From Candidatus Latescibacterota bacterium (GTDB lineage: Bacteria; Latescibacterota; UBA2968; GCA-2709665), in assembly GCA_965222075.1 (NCBI GenBank), contig OZ244937.1, positions 4,896,001-4,960,000 of the forward strand: DNA of 64,000 nt, given 5' to 3'. Of this stretch, positions 59,201 to 64,000 are shown piece after piece; position 1 is the stretch's first letter, and each line of letters opens with the position of its first letter. The position numbers were made by a program, and so were the translations under genes. A model generated the notes under the pieces. The model was not told the DNA's origin. It did not search any database and saw nothing but the letters and a program-made list of their open reading frames with translations.

Positions 59201-60158
59201 GGGCAAGGGGGCTTACAATTATGCCCCCATCCCGATGGCCTTCGACGTTTCCGCACGTCAGATGACCAAGTTTGCACGGTATGCGCCGGAGACCATTTTT
59301 CAACGGGCGGTTGCGGCCTTTCCCGACTTCTACACGCCCGAATACGACAAGATCCCCTTTGATTTCTACTTTGATCTGGCCGATTTTCGGGGGGACAATG
59401 GAAAGAGCGTCGTAGAGATCTACTACGGAATGCCCGGCATGGCGTCCCGGTACTTTCCCAGAGAGGGTGTGACGCGGCTGGTGGTGAAACGCCAGGCCGC
59501 CCTGGTGGGGACGTCTCTGGATACGGTCTACCGGACATCGGGCGACCTGTTCTACCAGGCGCCGGGGTCCAGGGTCGGGGCGTTTGTTCCCGATATTGTG
59601 CGACTGGAGGTGCCTCCCGGAACCTACCGGCTGGAGGTGCGGGCTCGGGACCGGATGACGGGCCGGATCGGCCTTTACCGGAAGGAAGTGGAGGTGGAGG
59701 GCTACGCAGGGGAGGGGCTGCAGCTGAGCGACCTGACCCTGGCCTGGCGGATTGCCCAGGACCAGCCGATGGACAAGTTCACCAAGAACGGGCTGCACAT
59801 CGTTCCGATGCCCACCCGGATGTATCCCCAGGGGCAGGGCATCTTTGTCTACTACGAGATCTACAACCTGGTGCGGGACTCGTTCGGGCAGACGAGGTAC
59901 CGGGTGGAGTATACGATCCGGCCGGCGGGGGGGAATATTGTTTCGCGGCTGGTGCGGACGTTTGTGGGGAAGAAGAAGGAGGTGGTGGTGGGCTACGAGC
60001 AGGTCGGTTATAAGGAGGCGGAGTCGGTGTATATGGAGCTGGATCTGGGTGAGACCACACCGGGACGGCACTATTTGAAGGTTGAGGTGACGGATTTGAA
60101 CAGCGAGGAGGCGGTGACGGCGCTGAAGGATGTGCCCTTTACGGTGGCTCGGCAGTAG
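56274..60158 (+). CDS. TolB-like + TPR + GWxTD-domain protein B (module 2)
   Basis: RBS AGGAG; paralogue of 33998-37774; PWDMRGEVYVRFGEPD; contains a QS-repeat tract. Confidence 0.8.
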   Translation: MRHLMRRPGGLLSAVVALAAVCGSLPAVAWQAGRQAQVNGVRSPDGKGLAYTVARGRPEALMTEIRTARADGSGGQLVKAYLGEPGDLCFLPGGEGFVYLQVSLSYTVFGSHLCAEYKLPLMRNRVWRLKADGSSETLWPLPGELQPLRIAVSPDGGRLAVGGFRGSLQDREDRGLWVVDHSGAAVRLLNGRVTGPLRWSSDSGRIFCAVEEGGCLRGVAVQVGTGEVTDADAPEAEAYAGGDDAAPADVVDGTAPGLISNALDRYTKGYHAMHQDRPYRLIKNAYKGAIRAFEQLYKGGISKADCLGYIQTLRARIPKKKGEGERRHRRASCREHQLVVGTLFEGYAQAHGQLPPTLEDLRFWVERQVEERASREEAPEEAIERDRTTLARIFHCATDPDRERSISYVYRPEAPPGTPVLLCYWHRGELLRLRERSGGYGAEVLTLYPDQIDSLDAAAAGYLEAEAADSAVALLEVVSHQRHKDPVSHNKYGYAALEAKDDALAEKAFKRAASLSKGKVLARAYYGLGLINMERSRGRQTAIEYFRDALSRDRKFVDARYQMARARVLLWQYDAKSDIEKVLKMDPNYADAYLLMGDYEADLNKEYERAIPWYTKYLALRPDDPVSRNRLSMAYLHVKDYDKVMETLLGFVQEHPDAIELLPIVSQACAKQDKLDLAMGFFKAYVSKLDPEERALYKDISRFASKEELAEYSRASGAEQEAFLKRFWNGRDPDLSTPVNERLLEHYRRVWYARQSFSKERQPWDMRGEVYVRFGEPDHRTSSAMMNARQSLEVQRVKERMALDIYGTDGSQASFVGPVYPVRTLAMGARLRDLQGEFEASEVEVITEDVDDQQLDIVAAGPNTRTNTESGMMQRGEGGNQQSQLQSQSQSQSQSQTLVTAAISDASDGSFSGDLMEINEMLNLEGTFSVAGEDFLKFGEYRPVITSGADVSTVPWESWVYTRIGGGIEITFTDESGKGAYNYAPIPMAFDVSARQMTKFARYAPETIFQRAVAAFPDFYTPEYDKIPFDFYFDLADFRGDNGKSVVEIYYGMPGMASRYFPREGVTRLVVKRQAALVGTSLDTVYRTSGDLFYQAPGSRVGAFVPDIVRLEVPPGTYRLEVRARDRMTGRIGLYRKEVEVEGYAGEGLQLSDLTLAWRIAQDQPMDKFTKNGLHIVPMPTRMYPQGQGIFVYYEIYNLVRDSFGQTRYRVEYTIRPAGGNIVSRLVRTFVGKKKEVVVGYEQVGYKEAESVYMELDLGETTPGRHYLKVEVTDLNSEEAVTALKDVPFTVARQ

Positions 60159-60189
60159 CACGGAGGGCGGAGCCGCCACCCACCCATTT

Positions 60190-60240
60190 GGGAGTCTGAC
60201 GGTCTAAAAAGACGGTTGGGCTCCCTTTTTGTTTTTCTTT
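60190..60240 (+). terminator. Intrinsic terminator closing module 2
   Basis: GGGAGTCTGAC…GTTGGGCTCCC stem followed by TTTTTGTTTTT. Confidence 0.7.
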
Positions 60241-60299
60241 TTCCGGTTTTATCGTTATTTTCTGAGGGGGGCAGTTTATGGATAGGCCATCTTTGTTCT

Positions 60300-60330
60300 C
60301 CCTTCCCGCGTCGGGAAGGGGGTCAGGGGG
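60300..60330. repeat. Palindromic element CCCTTCCCG-cgt-CGGGAAGGG-GGTCAGGGGG
   Basis: Perfect 9-bp inverted repeat with a G-rich tail; a related half-element lies at 45365-45389. Confidence 0.55.
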
Positions 60331-60337
60331 AGTGTTG

Positions 60338-61147
60338 ATGATACCGGAGGAACAGAAGGCCTTTTTTGAAGCACAGGGATACCTTGTTGTAGAGGATCTG
60401 CTGTCTGCTGGTGAGGTGGCGGAATGTGAGGCGGAGATTGAGCGGCTGCACCGGCTGGCTGCCGAGTTAGAGGCCAGGGACGATCCGGCGATCCGCCGGT
60501 TCCAGCGGGAGCCGTATGCCGGGGGTGCGGTTCAGGTTGGCCTGCCCGTGCTGAGGAAGATCGAGCAGACACGGGAGATTTCGGAGGTCTTCCGGCGGCT
60601 TGCCGCGCATCCCAGACTTTTAAAGGTGATCCGGACGCTCATCGGCCCGGACCTGCTCCTGTTCCGGAGCACGTTGATGCTGAAGCCCGCGCACCACGGC
60701 TCCGCGCACGGCCTGCATCAGGACTCGGCGTACTGGCCTATGGATCCTCCGACGCTGGTTACCGTGAGCATCGCGTTGAGCGATGCCACGCCGGAGAACG
60801 GCTGTTTCCAGGTGATTCCGAAGAGCCACACGTGGGGGATGCAGCGGTGGGGGCGCATTGCCCGGGAGCAGGACGAAGCGTTGACGGACCGCGAGGACGT
60901 GGATCTGTCGGCGCAGATCGAGGTCTCCCTGTCTGGGGGCAGCGCCCTGCTGTTTCACAGCCTGCTGGTCCACGGGTCGGGCCCCAACCGATCTCCACAT
61001 CCGAGACATACGGCTCTGTATGCCTACTTCCCGCCTGCGGTTCGCTATGTTCCCAAAGCGGGGGGGCCGCAGCAGAAGGTGTTTCCGGTTGTGTCAGGGC
61101 TGGATGGGGCGAAGGAGGTGACCCTGGTGGCGGAGGAGGGGAACTGA
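60338..61147 (+). CDS. Phytanoyl-CoA dioxygenase (PhyH) family oxygenase
   Basis: FFEAQGYLVVEDLL; HQDSAYW; DATPENGCFQVIPKSH; FHSLLVHGSGPNRS; alternative start at 60278. Confidence 0.88.
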   Translation: MIPEEQKAFFEAQGYLVVEDLLSAGEVAECEAEIERLHRLAAELEARDDPAIRRFQREPYAGGAVQVGLPVLRKIEQTREISEVFRRLAAHPRLLKVIRTLIGPDLLLFRSTLMLKPAHHGSAHGLHQDSAYWPMDPPTLVTVSIALSDATPENGCFQVIPKSHTWGMQRWGRIAREQDEALTDREDVDLSAQIEVSLSGGSALLFHSLLVHGSGPNRSPHPRHTALYAYFPPAVRYVPKAGGPQQKVFPVVSGLDGAKEVTLVAEEGN

Positions 61148-61187
61148 AGGTTGAAGATTGGGACAGATCTTAAGAGAGGAGATGGAG

Positions 61188-61961
61188 ATGGGGCGTACCT
61201 TGCACATTAAGCCACGGTATTACCGGTGGCACGTGGATCACGGGGTGGAGTGGGTGGAGACGAATACGGGATATGCCCACCTGGACTGGGAGATGCCGCT
61301 GACGGAGGCGGCGCTGGTGCTGGTGGATGTGTGGGCCCACCACTATCTGAAAGATACGGAGGCCCGGTCTGAAGAGATTGTGCGGGAGAAGATTGTGCCG
61401 CTGGTGGCGGCGTGTCGCAAGGCGGGGATGCAGCTTATTCACGCGCCCGCTCCGGGGCTGGCGGAGGAGCACCCCGCCCGGGTTAAACTGGTTAGCGACG
61501 GTGAGATGGCCGGGGTCCGGCGGGAAGACTGGCCGCCGTCCGAGTTCCGGAGAAAGTCGGGGGATTACCGGAGGTACGCCCGGCCGGTGGAGCCGAGGGA
61601 GGAGGAACTGGTGAAGATGCGTTCGAAGCGGAAGATGCACCCCCTGGTGCAGGTGGAGGGGGAGGATGTGGTGATCCTCAACGGGGAGGAACTGCACCGG
61701 TTCTGCAAGCAGAAGGGCATTCTGTTTCTGTTCTTTCTGGGGTTCAATACCAACGCATGTATTCTGCTGCGTGATTACGGCACAAATGAGATGAACAAAC
61801 GGGGCTATGAGGTGATCATTTTGAGGGACTGCGGCACGGGTATGGAGTCGTTTGAGACGCACGATGCGCTGTGGCAGACCCGGGGGGCGGTGCTGTTTTT
61901 AGAGATGTTCGGGAAGTATTCGGTTACATCGGAGGAACTGATCGCGGGACTGCCGGGTTAA
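61188..61961 (+). CDS. Isochorismatase-like cysteine hydrolase
   Basis: AALVLVDVW (catalytic Asp); GFNTNACI (catalytic Cys); GYEVIILRDC. Confidence 0.75.
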   Translation: MGRTLHIKPRYYRWHVDHGVEWVETNTGYAHLDWEMPLTEAALVLVDVWAHHYLKDTEARSEEIVREKIVPLVAACRKAGMQLIHAPAPGLAEEHPARVKLVSDGEMAGVRREDWPPSEFRRKSGDYRRYARPVEPREEELVKMRSKRKMHPLVQVEGEDVVILNGEELHRFCKQKGILFLFFLGFNTNACILLRDYGTNEMNKRGYEVIILRDCGTGMESFETHDALWQTRGAVLFLEMFGKYSVTSEELIAGLPG

Positions 61962-62072
61962 AAGGAAAAAGCAACTGAACACAGGTGAATACGGATAAAA
62001 CGGCGGTTCATCCCACCTGTGTCGTGGTTCCAGGGGCTTCCGGGTTGAGGACTGGCGAGAGGATCCGGGATA

Positions 62073-62897
62073 GTGATTTCAATCTTTACAGACGAGATCA
62101 ACCGCGAAGACCCCCTGCGGGCGGTCGAGCTGGCCGCAGAGTGGGGGGTGACGCACGTTGAGGTGCGGTCGCTGGGAGGGGGACGGTTTCCCAGGGTGCC
62201 AGATGAGGAGATGGAGGCGTTTTACGCCCGGGTATGCGATGCGGGGCTGGGGGTTTCGGGGGTGTCGCCGGGGTTCTTCAAGTGTCCGATCCACGATCCG
62301 TCGGTGGCTGAAGGGCTTTTGGAGGGGTTGCCCCGGGCGTGTGAATGGGCCAGGCGGTGGGGGACGGACCTGGTGTCGTGCTTCGGGTTTGACAGGGGGC
62401 AGGGAGAGTGGGTGCCTGCCCAGGTTGTGGACCGGGTGGGTGAGATGGCCGATATCGTGTCGCGGGAGGGCTGTCGGCTGGCGCTGGAAAACGAGCCGGT
62501 CTGCTGGGGGGGGACCGGCCTGGAGGCCGCAGAGATGATCCGCCAGATCGGCGTTGACCGGATCAAGTTGTGCTGGGATCCGGGCAACTCGGCGCGGGCC
62601 GGGTCGGCCTGCCCGTATCCGGACGAGTACGAGACAGTAAAGGATCTGGTTGCCCACGTGCATGTAAAAAATTACGATGCAGGCGGTTGGGTGATTGCCG
62701 AACGGGGAGTCGTGGATTGGCCCGGCCAGTTGAAGGCGCTCCGGTCCGATGCGTACGGCGGGTTTGTGGTGGTAGAGACCCACCTGGCCATCAGCCCGGA
62801 TGCGTTTGAGGTGGTCGATCCGACGTTTAGCGGGCTGGAGGCGAACAGCCTGCGGAATCTCAAATTTGTGCGGGAATGTATGGGGGTTGAAGATTGA
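62073..62897 (+). CDS. Sugar phosphate isomerase/epimerase (xylose isomerase-like TIM barrel)
   Basis: ISIFTDEI; LALENE; WDPGN; HVHVKN; VVETH metal-ligand pattern. Confidence 0.85.
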   Translation: MISIFTDEINREDPLRAVELAAEWGVTHVEVRSLGGGRFPRVPDEEMEAFYARVCDAGLGVSGVSPGFFKCPIHDPSVAEGLLEGLPRACEWARRWGTDLVSCFGFDRGQGEWVPAQVVDRVGEMADIVSREGCRLALENEPVCWGGTGLEAAEMIRQIGVDRIKLCWDPGNSARAGSACPYPDEYETVKDLVAHVHVKNYDAGGWVIAERGVVDWPGQLKALRSDAYGGFVVVETHLAISPDAFEVVDPTFSGLEANSLRNLKFVRECMGVED

Positions 62898-62901
62898 AGA
62901 T

Positions 62902-64000
62902 ATGACTGACTGGGAACCGATTCTAAGTGCGGTTGACGGGGAGTGGCTTGCCGAGCAGACGGTGGCTCTGGTGGGGATTCCAAGCGTGACGATGGAGGAG
63001 GAGGCTGTTTGCGGCTGCTACGAGGCGCAGCTGCGAAACCTGGGCCTGGAGGTGGATGTGCGCGAGGTGACGCCGGGGCGGTCAAATCTCTACGCTCGAA
63101 TTTCGGGTTTGGGAGGGGGGCCGACGCTGATGCTGAACGGGCACCTGGATACGATTCCGATCGGGAACTGCCCGCCCTGCCGCCGGGAGGGGGACCGGAT
63201 TTACGGCCGGGGCTCGACGGATATGAAGGGCGGCATGGCGGCGGTTCTGGGTGCGGCGAAGGCGCTGCTGGAGTCGAGGGTGCGGTTGAAGGGCGATTTG
63301 CTGCTGACCGCGGTGGTGGGGCACGAGGAGCCGGAGGCGGAGAAGGACGGCCCCCGGGCGCTGATTGAGGATATCAAGCGTGGACGGGCGGCCTGCGACC
63401 GGATCCTGATTGTGGAGGGGCGGGATGCGCTGTGGGTGATGAGCATGGGGTCGATGGTGTTTACGATTACCCTGGCGTCCGACCGGGGGGGGATGCACAC
63501 CAATTATGTGCCTTTTGGCGAGAATCCGATCCGGTATGTGGGCGATCTGATCCGGCGGTTTACACAGCGCCAGGAGGAGCTGGACGCCGGGGATGTGCAC
63601 CCGCTTGCAGGCCCCGAACGGATTGACCTGGGGATTGTGCAGGCGGGGGACTATTTCAACCGGACACCGCTTGAGTGCACGCTGACGGGCACCCGCCGCT
63701 GGGCGCCGGGCAAGACGGCGGCCTCGGTGCTTGCCGAACTTGAGTCCTTAGCGATGCCGTTCGTCCACGAAGGGGGGCTGACGCTTTCGGTTGAGATGGT
63801 GCACGAGCGCGAACCGTTCGAGACCCCCCGAGACGATCCGGCCGTTGAGGCTGCTTCGGCCGCCCACCGGATCGTGACGGGAAAGGAGGCCGAATGCGAA
63901 GGGCGGCGGATCGTGGGGGACGCGAATCTTTACGTGCACGGAAGCGGCGTGCCGACCTTCTACTACGGCCCTTCCAACGAGACGGCTCACGCGGATGTGG
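62902..64000 (+). CDS. M20/ArgE/DapE-family metallopeptidase or deacylase, truncated at the window end
   Basis: Not in the ORF track because it lacks a stop in the window; reads MTDWEPIL…LMLNGHLDTIP…IYGRGSTDMKGG…VVGHEE. Confidence 0.85.
   Translation, partial: MTDWEPILSAVDGEWLAEQTVALVGIPSVTMEEEAVCGCYEAQLRNLGLEVDVREVTPGRSNLYARISGLGGGPTLMLNGHLDTIPIGNCPPCRREGDRIYGRGSTDMKGGMAAVLGAAKALLESRVRLKGDLLLTAVVGHEEPEAEKDGPRALIEDIKRGRAACDRILIVEGRDALWVMSMGSMVFTITLASDRGGMHTNYVPFGENPIRYVGDLIRRFTQRQEELDAGDVHPLAGPERIDLGIVQAGDYFNRTPLECTLTGTRRWAPGKTAASVLAELESLAMPFVHEGGLTLSVEMVHEREPFETPRDDPAVEAASAAHRIVTGKEAECEGRRIVGDANLYVHGSGVPTFYYGPSNETAHADV

Noticed and set aside
61975-62005. Degenerate 9-mer repeat (AACACAGGTG AATACGGAT AAAACGG)
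   Set aside because: Too short and degenerate to support as a feature.

Overview
GC-rich bacterial genomic window, densely coding and mostly on the + strand. The gene content suggests an uncultured FCB-related lineage such as Candidatus Latescibacterota (three DUF6785/DUF6784-type membrane proteins, GWxTD proteins, PorV-family barrels, a DFDGNG..F.DF dockerin/EF-hand tag); this taxonomy is inference. The left third holds a heparinase II/III-like protein, three DUF6785-type membrane proteins, an Opp/Dpp-type ABC system (two tandem binding proteins, two permeases, no ATPase), a PhyH dioxygenase, a GAF-GAF/NarL two-component pair and two paralogous DUF2341-LamG proteins with an inserted 7-repeat propeller. 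Both paralogues are preceded by the same ~83-nt structured non-coding motif, a candidate novel cis-regulatory RNA. The middle and right hold two diverged copies of a six-gene envelope module: OMP beta-barrel, TonB-dependent receptor, ~800-aa protein with an FN3-like domain and T9SS-type C-terminal domain, PorV/PorQ-family barrel, and two TPR-GWxTD proteins. The copies are separated by CRTAC1, NHL, BNR-repeat and FGE-sulfatase-domain genes. The right end is a small enzyme cluster (PhyH, cysteine hydrolase, TIM-barrel isomerase, M20 peptidase). I saw no rRNA, tRNA, CRISPR array or transposase. All family calls come from motif recognition by eye, not database searches.
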